64,000 nt of DNA from Candidatus Taylorbacteria bacterium RIFCSPLOWO2_12_FULL_43_20 (GTDB taxonomy: Bacteria > Patescibacteriota > Minisyncoccia > Phycocordibacterales > HO2-43-120). Numbering within the stretch: the stretch's first letter is position 1; each line of letters begins with the position of its first letter. Of the stretch, positions 36,351 through 44,146 are shown one piece after another. The notes under the pieces were generated by a model, which ran no database searches, was not told the origin of the DNA, and saw nothing but the letters and a program-made list of their open reading frames with translations. The stretch spans positions 31 to 64,030 of the forward strand of contig MHSK01000017.1 in assembly GCA_001821295.1 (NCBI GenBank), written 5' to 3'. The translations under genes were made by a program, and so were the position numbers.

Positions 36351-38477
36351 ATGAACATTATAAGTAATAAATCGGAAAAAAGTTTAAGTAAACGATTAAC
36401 GGTAGTAGTGCTCGGTCTCGCGCTTATAGCATCCGGTTTTGTTGTTCCAGCGAACACTGAAGCTCAAAGTGCTACAAGCGTTCTTGTACAATTTAACCGA
36501 GATTTGACCATGGGCAGTACGGGCACTGACGTAGCCGCCTTACAGACAATCCTGATCGAAAAAGGTTTTCTTAATATTCCTCCAGGTGTGGCGAAGGGAT
36601 ATTTCGGACCTCTTACCAGAAGCGCGCTAGCGAGGTACCAGGCCTCTGTAGGCATTATGCCGTCAGTAGGATATTTCGGACCGATTACCAAAGCGCACTT
36701 TAACTCTATGGCGGGAGTTACTCCCCAGGTCCCAGGATGTCCTCCGGGAGCAATATTCAATTTCTTGACAGGCGCGCGATGCGACGCTGTTCAAGTTCCG
36801 GGTTGCCCGCCGGGAGCGATATTCAACTTCCTGACGGGTGTAAGATGCGACTTGGCAAGTCCGTCCCCTTCCCCTTCGCCAACGCCTGATGGTGATGGTG
36901 ATGATGATGATGAGTTAAGTGGCGGTGCGGGATCAATATCCAGCTATAAACTTATCTCTGCCCTAAACAACGAAAGAGTCGGGGAAGATGAAAAAGATGT
37001 AAATATCGCCGGCTTAGAGATTGAAGCATCCCAAGGATCAGATATTGAAATTAGCGCGATACGACTCGTATTTGATGGGGGCACAGCAACAAGCGATTTT
37101 GACAGATATGCGGATGACGTTTCAATCTGGCTTGACGGTGAAGAAGTGGCTAGAGTAGATGCCAGTGAATTTGACGACGACAATGACTGGAGCTCTACCG
37201 TGACATTAGACAGAGGAGCAATTATCCGTAGAGGCGATAAAGGAGAAGTCATTGTGGCAATTTCAGGCATCAGGAATCTAGACTCGGCAGATGAAGGAGA
37301 CACCTGGACGGTAGATTTCAGAAGTGTGAGATTCAGAGACGCTCAAGGAGCAACCATCAGTGAAGATCCGGGTACCGCAGTAAGAACATTGTCTTTTGAG
37401 TCGTTCGCGGCGGCGCGTAACGCGGAGCTAAGAATCAGAGCCGATGATGATAGTATTAATCAAGAAAGAGTGATTGACGTGCACGCGACAGACGACACGG
37501 ACAACGTAGCCATAACATCCTTTACTCTTGAGGCAAGAGGAAATTCTGACTTAGAGATCACAAAATTCGGAGTGAACGTTGATGTTACAGGTGCGGCTCA
37601 CGTAGATGATGCTATCTCTGCAATATACCTTTGGATAGACGGTGAAAGAGTGGCTACAGGAGTCGCGTTTGACGATGCCGACGGGGTAAATGTGGGACAG
37701 GATGAAGATTACCTATTTGACGACATTGACTTCATCATAGAAGCCGGCGATACGGTTAACGCTGAAATAAGAGTGGACTTTAATTCAACAGCCGGCGATC
37801 TTGATGAAGGCGATACTATTATGGTAACTCTTGGGGAGACCGAAACGGACCAGGCAAATCTGGTAGACGTGGAGGATGAGTCGGGTACGCAACTTCAAGA
37901 TGCCGATATAAGCGGACAAGTTACCGCGGGACCGCATTCACTGTTTGCCGCCGGTATAAATGTTACGTTTGTAAGCTCAAACGCGACAACAGACGGAGCG
38001 TCCGCGGGAACGGCAACCGGAGATGATACGGGAATCTATGAAATTGTCTTTGACGTAACATCATTCGGTGACGATGTCTTCATTGACGGAGACGTAATTG
38101 CTTCCACCACCGCAAATGCCATAGTAGCCGGAGCGGACGGTATAATCTGGGGAACAACCACAAATTCCAGCGCTACGACGACATTTGACAGCATAGTATC
38201 CTTTGCGATTCTTGAAGCGGAAGGGTTTGAAGGATCCAGTAGTTCAGCTCCCGACGTGACAACAACCGGCGCTCTATCTTACGGAGTTCCGGAGGGAGAA
38301 ACCCGCAGATTCAAACTCAAGATAAATCTCGGTCCTGTTACGGGAGACGTCCAAGCGGGCATAAGGTTGCGTGGCATCAGCTGGGACACAGACAGCGGTG
38401 ATACTCATGACAATCTATACAACTTTAATCTTGGACGATTCAGGACAGATACAATATTCTTGAATCAACAAGATTAA
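36351..38477 (+). CDS. large secreted acidic surface protein with peptidoglycan-binding (PG_binding_1-like) domain and tandem PGCPPGAIFNFLTGxRCD repeats
   Basis: Signal peptide, then GSTGTDVAALQTILIEKGF...GYFGPLTRSALARYQ (PGBD-like). Two 63-bp tandem units at 36727-36852 encode VPGCPPGAIFNFLTG(A/V)RCD. An SPSPSPSPTPDGDGDDDDE linker precedes an approximately 500-aa D/E/T/G-rich domain. Confidence 0.6.
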   Translation: MNIISNKSEKSLSKRLTVVVLGLALIASGFVVPANTEAQSATSVLVQFNRDLTMGSTGTDVAALQTILIEKGFLNIPPGVAKGYFGPLTRSALARYQASVGIMPSVGYFGPITKAHFNSMAGVTPQVPGCPPGAIFNFLTGARCDAVQVPGCPPGAIFNFLTGVRCDLASPSPSPSPTPDGDGDDDDELSGGAGSISSYKLISALNNERVGEDEKDVNIAGLEIEASQGSDIEISAIRLVFDGGTATSDFDRYADDVSIWLDGEEVARVDASEFDDDNDWSSTVTLDRGAIIRRGDKGEVIVAISGIRNLDSADEGDTWTVDFRSVRFRDAQGATISEDPGTAVRTLSFESFAAARNAELRIRADDDSINQERVIDVHATDDTDNVAITSFTLEARGNSDLEITKFGVNVDVTGAAHVDDAISAIYLWIDGERVATGVAFDDADGVNVGQDEDYLFDDIDFIIEAGDTVNAEIRVDFNSTAGDLDEGDTIMVTLGETETDQANLVDVEDESGTQLQDADISGQVTAGPHSLFAAGINVTFVSSNATTDGASAGTATGDDTGIYEIVFDVTSFGDDVFIDGDVIASTTANAIVAGADGIIWGTTTNSSATTTFDSIVSFAILEAEGFEGSSSSAPDVTTTGALSYGVPEGETRRFKLKINLGPVTGDVQAGIRLRGISWDTDSGDTHDNLYNFNLGRFRTDTIFLNQQD

Positions 38478-38521
38478 ACGATCAGCTAAGGCAAAAAAGA
38501 ACAGCAAGATAGAAAAACACA

Positions 38522-38556
38522 AAGAACCCCCTCAAGGGGGTTCTTTGTGTTTTTCT
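38522..38556 (+). terminator. rho-independent terminator (agaaccccctcaagggggttct + T-run)
   Basis: 9-bp G/C-rich stem followed by ttgtgtttttc, 45 bp after the stop of the 36351..38477 gene. Confidence 0.75.
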
Positions 38557-38756
38557 ATTCTCAGTTAACTTTAATAACTGTGTCGCAAAACATTACACCC
38601 CGCAGTCCCGTCCCTATTCAAACTGTGAAAAGCAAGACCTCCGCCCAACTGACAAAAAAAACAGCGCGTTTGCGCCGTTTGTAAATTTTAAGAGCGGCAC
38701 CACAGACCGTTCCCCATTCGTGTGCGCTTTTCGTTAAGCGGTATCTACTATGATCG

Positions 38757-39401
38757 CTACCTCTCAACGAACATACGTCCAATCCCCCTCCTGACACGAT
38801 TATCGGATGCATATTCCAAAATACACCGTCTTGCATTTCTATATTCAGACGATTGCTGGGATGATAGCGTTCGGCCAAATTCTTCTTCTGCCAACACTAC
38901 GGATTGGATATTGTAAAATTTGCACCAATAGTATACCCACCGGCAAGTAAGGGATATATCCCATCCCGACACAAAATAGACAACATCAGGCCTGAGCCGT
39001 GCTAGTATATTTTGGTAAAAATGCCTCAGAACAGGCATGCAACGAGGACGGTCATGCCGTTTCGTCAATGATTCCTCGTAGCTTCTTATCCACTGAGCGA
39101 ACTCAGCCAGCGGCACCACAGATTCATTGCGTTCCAGCAGTCTATCCGTAAAATGCTTGGCAGACGGTAATTTCAAATCATAATTGGTATATTCGGCTTC
39201 ACTTACTCCCATGACCATGCATAAAGGTCTTCCGACTCGCTTTGCCACTATTTCTGCTATCTTGTACAACTGTCCCGGTTGTTTGGCCCGCTTCAGCATA
39301 ATTCTCTCTTGCTCCGTCCAATTTTGCTTGTGCATAATTAAGCGTGTGTATGATGTAAAGATCTGGACAAATACTACTACAGCTTGTTGCCGAGTCAACA
39401 C
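38757..39401 (-). CDS. hypothetical protein (possibly a degraded or foreign gene)
   Basis: 214-aa ORF with no recognisable domain, in a compositionally atypical stretch (38.56-39.41 kb) between a terminator and a MITE. Competing short ORFs lie on the plus strand. Confidence 0.25.
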   Translation of the reverse strand: MLTRQQAVVVFVQIFTSYTRLIMHKQNWTEQERIMLKRAKQPGQLYKIAEIVAKRVGRPLCMVMGVSEAEYTNYDLKLPSAKHFTDRLLERNESVVPLAEFAQWIRSYEESLTKRHDRPRCMPVLRHFYQNILARLRPDVVYFVSGWDISLTCRWVYYWCKFYNIQSVVLAEEEFGRTLSSQQSSEYRNARRCILEYASDNRVRRGIGRMFVER

Positions 39402-39409
39402 ACTTACTT

Positions 39410-39512
39410 GTATCTGCTCACAAGACTGAGTAATCTGCTAACTACAGCCTTCTTTTCTTCTGTCATACCCGCGAAAGCGGGAATGACACCACTCGGCCTT
39501 ATGAGCAGATAC
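39410..39512. mobile_element. MITE-A, short single-hairpin copy (TIR GTATCTGCTCACAAGACTGAGT; 8-bp TSD ACTTACTT)
   Basis: Identical 8-mers acttactt at 39402-39409 and 39513-39520 flank the element. Confidence 0.75.
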
Positions 39513-39720
39513 ACTTACTTCGCGTAAACGAACACACATAAGGATTGCAATCTCCTAACACGCCTACATACGCTCTGTCAAGCACCACCGAGGCTTTGCG
39601 AGGTGAGAAGCGAATACATGGAGCTTCGCAAGACCTTGAGCATTTTGTCTTCAAAATGCGAAAGGTTTACCGCGTCTGTAAGACGGCAGGCGGGGCGTTC
39701 ATCCGTTCCGTTTCCGTTCG

Positions 39721-40065
39721 TGTAAAATTCGAGCGAATGATATAATTAGTTCACCAAGAGAAACATTGGTCGGAAGTAAGAAAGCGGAGCGATTTTGCGG
39801 AAGCCGTTAAGTTCTGTATTGGTGAACTAATTATATCATTCGCTCGAATTTTACACGAGAAAAAAGGATAGCCAACGCGCCAAGCGCGTGGTAACTTGAA
39901 ACTTAATCGTACGCTCCGATTAAACGCCACCGGCCGCCGAGTACGGCGGCTTTGCCTCGCAGAAAATTTTCCTTGCATTTCTGATTTTGCGCGCGCCCGT
40001 CTTTTTTAAAATATGGAAAGGAAATTTTCTGCTCGGCTTCCGCGAAACGTGGTGGCGGCTACATA
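39721..40065. repeat. left boundary repeat of tRNA-Glu-associated cassette (direct-repeat unit A + inverted unit B')
   Basis: 39721-39830 (35-bp IR + 68-bp core, ending TGGTGA) is a direct copy of 42006-42112. 39826-40065 is the reverse complement of 41803-42040. Spurious track ORF 39751..39978 lies inside. Confidence 0.8.
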
Positions 40066-40128
40066 CAATATAGAAAATAGAAAACCCGTGACCATATTTC
40101 AGATCACGGGCGAGATTTTTCTCTCGGA

Positions 40129-40710
40129 TTAGACTTGCAGCTCACCAGTCCAAGGACTCTTGCGCGAAATTACGGCAAACAAGGTACCCGGCGGAAATCC
40201 TTTCTCCTTTGACCCAGGAATGCGCTCGATCTCATGCCTCTGTAATTTCGCCCTCCCATCACCGTCGAGGACGATAGCTAGTGTCCAACCAGGTTTGTCG
40301 CTAGCTTTCGAATGACCTCCAATGGCGACTATTGGGTACTGACAGTGACATTGTTCGTGTACCTTTGTATGCCATTTAGCTGCCCATTGCGCGTATAGTG
40401 CGTTTATCCAAGCATCTGACGCGGGCTTTCCTAGGCCAATGAGTCGGTCATGAGCTTCCTCTTCCTCAACCCAGGAGTTTTGAGAAAAACACAGGAATTG
40501 CACATACCCCATTTCTTTATTACTAACACCGACCCACAATCCCGTTTCCGTGTAGGTTTGCACCTTGTCGATAACTGAGCAGAGTAACTCTTTGGAGTGA
40601 GGTTGAACCAGCGCTTTCCAGAAGCGCTCGTTGGCTCCGTGTTTCCTGGCCAACATTATTAATTGGTGAATGAGACCGATCTCTTTACCGAATTCAGACT
40701 CGCCATTCAT
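40129..40710 (-). CDS. hypothetical protein (cassette cargo; Trp/His/Cys-rich, higher GC than surroundings)
   Basis: 193-aa ORF, divergently oriented from the toxin-antitoxin pair, with no recognisable domain and a codon composition visibly more GC-rich than flanking genes. Confidence 0.5.
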   Translation of the reverse strand: MNGESEFGKEIGLIHQLIMLARKHGANERFWKALVQPHSKELLCSVIDKVQTYTETGLWVGVSNKEMGYVQFLCFSQNSWVEEEEAHDRLIGLGKPASDAWINALYAQWAAKWHTKVHEQCHCQYPIVAIGGHSKASDKPGWTLAIVLDGDGRAKLQRHEIERIPGSKEKGFPPGTLFAVISRKSPWTGELQV

Positions 40711-40905
40711 GGCATGTCCTTTCTCGTTTGTGCCTCGTCGTTTAAGACATGGCGTTTAACTTTTTGCTAGATGACTTGGCCAAAGGTTTCGTCATAGCAG
40801 AGAATTACCAAAGATTTAGCAACTCTCTACTATGACAAAACAGTAAGTGGTTTCAAGGTGCTTTTACTGCCGACAGTGTACACTATATGACTATATATGT
40901 CAAGC

Positions 40906-40935
40906 TTGAATTTTTTCATCGTTTAACCGTTATAT
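40906..40935 (+). promoter_or_regulatory. candidate sigma70-like promoter (TTGAAT-18 nt-TTATAT) and AT-rich palindrome upstream of the antitoxin gene
   Basis: ttgaat tttttcatcgtttaaccg ttatat lies 16 nt before ATG 40952. An upstream imperfect palindrome cactatatgactatatatgtca is a possible operator. Confidence 0.3.
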
Positions 40936-40951
40936 GGTAATATAAACAACA

Positions 40952-41449
40952 ATGGCTAGGATAAACCAAAAAAAATACAAAAACGCCGTTCTTTTCTTTG
41001 CAAGAAAAATTCAGAACGGCACTTTGGGTAAGCTCAAAATGATGAAGCTTCTCTATTTTCTTGATTTTGATTTCTTTGAAAAATTCGGCCGTTCAATCAC
41101 CGGCGATGAATATCTCCGATTTGAAAATGGACCCGTGCCACATATGGGAGAAAAAATCCTCAAGGAGATGAACGGAAAAGAAATCAAAATCACCAAGCGA
41201 AAAGTTGGCGAGGGTTACAATGACCAAATGCATATTGAAGCGTTGGCTGATTTTGACGTAAATGTTTTTGAGAAAGAGGAGCTGCTCATGCTTGAAGAAA
41301 TTGCGAGCAAGTGGGAGAAATTTACTGGATCAGAAATGAAAAATGCCAGTCATGGCGAAGCCCCGTGGATTGCCACGAAACCGGATGATGTAATTGATTA
41401 TAATCTCGCGCTCTATCGGAACAAATACGGAGAGATGGCGAAAGTATGA
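40952..41449 (+). CDS. Panacea-domain (DUF4065, GepA/SocA-like) antitoxin-type protein
   Basis: LGKLKMMKLLYFLDFDFFEKFGRSITGDEYLRFENGPVPHMGEKILKEMNG matches the DUF4065 core pattern (L.KL.KLLYY.....L...G.PLF.E...AW.HGPV). Confidence 0.6.
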   Translation: MARINQKKYKNAVLFFARKIQNGTLGKLKMMKLLYFLDFDFFEKFGRSITGDEYLRFENGPVPHMGEKILKEMNGKEIKITKRKVGEGYNDQMHIEALADFDVNVFEKEELLMLEEIASKWEKFTGSEMKNASHGEAPWIATKPDDVIDYNLALYRNKYGEMAKV

Positions 41450-41459
41450 TTAACTCGCT

Positions 41460-41801
41460 ATGGAACTTTCTCGGCATGACGATCTTGAAAAAGATCTACG
41501 AAATCTAAAACGCTTTCCAACTCCACGAGAATCTTTAGAGGCATGGGAACGCCTCTTTAGTCTGAAAGGACTCCGAGAAACTCCGGGTGTTGACCCATTC
41601 CGAGGATTTGGTAATGCGAAAATTTACAAAGGGCGAGTCGTGCCGTTGAAAGAGAACATGGGAAAGTCAAAAGGTTATCGGGTCATCGTCCAAATAATTT
41701 CCCATGATTGTTTTAAGATTCTCGTATTTTCTCGTCACGGAATTTATCACGACGAGCAAGATTTGATTGATATTGTCAAAGCTCGTTTGATTATTTGTTA
41801 G
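41460..41801 (+). CDS. HigB-like / RelE-ParE superfamily toxin
   Basis: 113 aa. GKSKGYRVIVQIISHDCFKILVFSRHGIYHDE matches the HigB/RelE core (GK..GGYRIIY......I.LL.I..K.E). Starts 11 bp after the Panacea gene. Confidence 0.6.
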   Translation: MELSRHDDLEKDLRNLKRFPTPRESLEAWERLFSLKGLRETPGVDPFRGFGNAKIYKGRVVPLKENMGKSKGYRVIVQIISHDCFKILVFSRHGIYHDEQDLIDIVKARLIIC

Positions 41802-41802
41802 C

Positions 41803-42112
41803 CTCCACCGCGCTTTCGCGCGGAAGCCGAGCAGAAAATTTCCTTTCCATATTTTAAAAAAGACGGGCGCGCGCAAAATCAGAAATGCAAGGAAAATTTT
41901 CTGCGAGGCAAAGCCGCCGTACTCGGCGGCCGGTGGCGTTTAATCGGAGCGTACGATTAAGTTTCAAGTTACCACGCGCTTGGCGCGTTGGCTATCCTTT
42001 TTTCTCGTGTAAAATTCGAGCGAATGATATGATTAGTTCACCAAGAGAAACATTGGTCGGAAGTAAGAAAGCGGAGCGATTTTGCGGAAGCCGTTAAGTT
42101 CTGTATTGGTGA
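41803..42112. repeat. right boundary repeat of cassette (inverted unit B + direct-repeat unit A ending in the tRNA-Glu 3' tail)
   Basis: B begins at the toxin stop codon. Unit A ends tggtga at 42107-42112, which is the reverse complement of the tRNA CCA end plus discriminator. Spurious track ORF 41885..42097 lies inside. Confidence 0.8.
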
Positions 42113-42181
42113 CCCTACCGGGAATCGAACCCGGATTACCGGCTTGAAAAGCCGATGTCCTAACCGTTAGACGATAGGGCC
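42107..42181 (-). tRNA. tRNA-Glu (anticodon UUC), CCA encoded
   Basis: The reverse complement GGCCCTATCGTCTAACGGTTAGGACATCGGCTTTTCAAGCCGGTAATCCGGGTTCGATTCCCGGTAGGGTCACCA folds as a cloverleaf with anticodon loop TTTTCAA. Confidence 0.85.
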
Positions 42182-42292
42182 TTGCGCAGAACGCGGAATT
42201 TCTAATTTCTAATTTTTAGAAAATTGAAAAGGTAAAAAAATACTAGCATTTATTGGAAAATTGGCAAAAAAATCTTTTTCATCCACTGACTC

Positions 42293-42505
42293 TTATTTTT
42301 TTGCATCCGGTCCAAATTTTCCTTCAAACTGATCTGCGTATTTTTCTTGTTTCCCCTCATGGCTGTCTATCCAGCCGCCGCTTTTGTCATCCGGCTTTTT
42401 ACCTTGCGCTTCCATGTCATATTTCCGTGTATTTTTTATCTCTCCCTCCCCCGCATCCACGGCGCGGCGCATCATTTCAAAAGGATTTTCTTTTTCTATT
42501 GACAT
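42293..42505 (-). CDS. hypothetical small acidic Lys/Gly/Asp-rich protein
   Basis: 70 aa, a low-complexity hydrophilic protein reminiscent of small stress proteins, with no clear RBS. The plus-strand alternative 42253..42528 looks non-coding. Confidence 0.25.
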   Translation of the reverse strand: MSIEKENPFEMMRRAVDAGEGEIKNTRKYDMEAQGKKPDDKSGGWIDSHEGKQEKYADQFEGKFGPDAKK

Positions 42506-42730
42506 GTATTGATCATACTATTTTTTGAAGAAAACGCAAAGAATGCTAGGATTGTATATACAACAACCCAAGGGTTGCCTTCCCCACCCACTACGCTCCT
42601 CATTCGCCAAAGGATACGGAAGGACAAGCACCTACTTCGCTAAAGCTACGAAGGTCAAGGAAAGCTACGCGGGTCAAGAAGAGCTACGGCAACCCGATGG
42701 GTGCCTGCGCGTAAAGCTACAGCAACCCAA

Positions 42731-42818
42731 GGGAGGAGTGCCAGAGTGGTCGAATGGGCCGCACTCGAAATGCGGTGTGCTCGTAAGGGTACCGTGAGTT
42801 CGAATCTCACCTCCTCCG
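42731..42818 (+). tRNA. tRNA-Ser (anticodon CGA), long variable arm, no encoded CCA
   Basis: GGAGGAGTGCCAGAGTGGTCGAATGGGCCGCACTCGAAATGCGGTGTGCTCGTAAGGGTACCGTGAGTTCGAATCTCACCTCCTCCG, anticodon loop CTCGAAA. Confidence 0.85.
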
Positions 42819-42994
42819 TAATTCAGGATTTTGCAAGTGGAAAGACGATGCCTCGCGGCGCGAAACGCGCCGCTCGGCTAGGATGTGAAAGGGGTTTTTT
42901 GAGTAAAAACGAAAAGGATTTATCAATGAAGGGCAAAAGAAATTTTTTCATCAATTTTATAAAATCGAAATAATTAACCGTCAATTTTAATATT

Positions 42995-43315
42995 ATGAAC
43001 TCGAAAGGATTTTCTAAAAATGGATTAATTTTGATAATCGTTGGAGTTTTAATTGTAGTCGGTGGAATTTATTGGTGGCAGAAAGAAACAATAAACGCAA
43101 TAATTTTTGATAGTAGTAATATCAATCACGCCCCCGAGTATTGTAATTGGCGACCAGAAAAAGCAGACTACGGTCCATGTGCTGTAGAATGGGGAGCATA
43201 TTTTGACGGAGAAAGATGTATTGGCATAGGTGGTTGCGGTCCGGTACCAGAAGTTCCTTTTACTTCAGTAGAAAATTGTAATAACATATGCGAAGTGAAG
43301 ACCGACAGATTTTGA
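42995..43315 (+). CDS. small secreted six-Cys protein with Kunitz/BPTI-like cysteine pattern
   Basis: TM/signal segment LILIIVGVLIVVGGIYWW, then C-x11-GPC-A-x5-YF-x4-C-x5-C-x13-C-x3-C (EYCNWRPEKADYGPCAVEWGAYFDGERCIGIGGCGPVPEVPFTSVENCNNIC). Compare BPTI: C..P..GPCKA...RYFY.....C..F.YGGC...NNF.S.EDC...C. Confidence 0.5.
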   Translation: MNSKGFSKNGLILIIVGVLIVVGGIYWWQKETINAIIFDSSNINHAPEYCNWRPEKADYGPCAVEWGAYFDGERCIGIGGCGPVPEVPFTSVENCNNICEVKTDRF

Positions 43316-43584
43316 AGTAATTTTCCGCCAAGAAAAATTCGGCAAAATATCTTTTGTCTTTTTTATAAAAAACCCTGCCGTAAGGACGACAGGGTATTTC
43401 TCTCTTTATATTTTGTGAGCAAACGTCACAGCAAATTCTTTAACACAGCGTAGATACCCCCTTTTTCTTCGACAGAAGATCAAGCTGAGACATCCGTCGC
43501 CTGATTGCATCCGGAAATCTTCTCTCCACTCGCCCTCGATCAGCAGCTTCCATCTTTGGCGACAGATTCTCTCTCTTTGAATTC

Positions 43585-43626
43585 AGAAAAAGAAAGTGGC
43601 CGTCATTCAATTAAGGATTGACGGCC
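43585..43626 (-). terminator. rho-independent terminator for the minus-strand gene 43654..43947
   Basis: Hairpin ggccgtca-N13-tgacggcc with an A-run on the plus strand (a T-run on the minus strand). Confidence 0.55.
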
Positions 43627-43653
43627 ATGATGATGGAAGTTAGCGGCAATGAG

Positions 43654-43947
43654 TCAACGACGTTGTTTCCGTCCCCACCATATAAAAAAGGTCTCGATGT
43701 TTGGAAGACCAAGGTCGTCCAGTACCATCGAAATGAATACGATGGCGTAAACGAATTTATAGCCAAGATCTATACCGACGAAGTTCGTGATCTTCTGCGC
43801 CACTTCGTCACCAACAATGAACGTAACTGGGATCATGGCGAAGACAAAGGCAATCGCAAGGATGAAGTAGAAAATCAGGGCGACAAAGATAGCGAAGAAT
43901 CCGTTCCTTACAACTATCATAAAGAACTCAGAAGCTTTCCCACGCAT
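43654..43947 (-). CDS. hypothetical small multi-pass membrane protein
   Basis: 97 aa, strongly hydrophobic, with a good RBS (AAAGGAGAGAAACC-ATG on the minus strand). Preferred over the overlapping plus-strand ORF 43618..43965, which is hydrophilic and lacks an RBS. Confidence 0.5.
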   Translation of the reverse strand: MRGKASEFFMIVVRNGFFAIFVALIFYFILAIAFVFAMIPVTFIVGDEVAQKITNFVGIDLGYKFVYAIVFISMVLDDLGLPNIETFFIWWGRKQRR

Positions 43948-44146
43948 GGTTTCTCTCCTTTCTAGGAACTGTTTGAGTACTTCTGAACGTCATGTTCAGA
44001 CTGCCGTATATTCTAATATAACTTAACAAATACGTCAAAAGTACCTAGTCGTACGTACCATCTCGCCACTTGGTTTATGCGCTTGATTTAAGGTTCAGTA
44101 GGTATAAAATCTGTATCAGAGATCACAATCAACAAAACTTTACAAA

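Noticed and set aside
39751-39978. Arg-rich 70-75-aa ORFs MQGKFSARQSRRTRRPVAFNRSV... occur at 39751..39978 (-) and 41885..42097 (+).
   Set aside because: Both lie wholly inside the inverted boundary repeat B of the tRNA-Glu cassette, in mirrored orientation. The composition is structured-RNA or terminator-like, with no RBS. Treated as non-coding.
43618-43965. Plus-strand 115-aa ORF overlapping the minus-strand membrane-protein gene.
   Set aside because: The minus-strand ORF has a strong RBS, clear TM helices and a terminator. The plus-strand product is hydrophilic low-complexity with no RBS.
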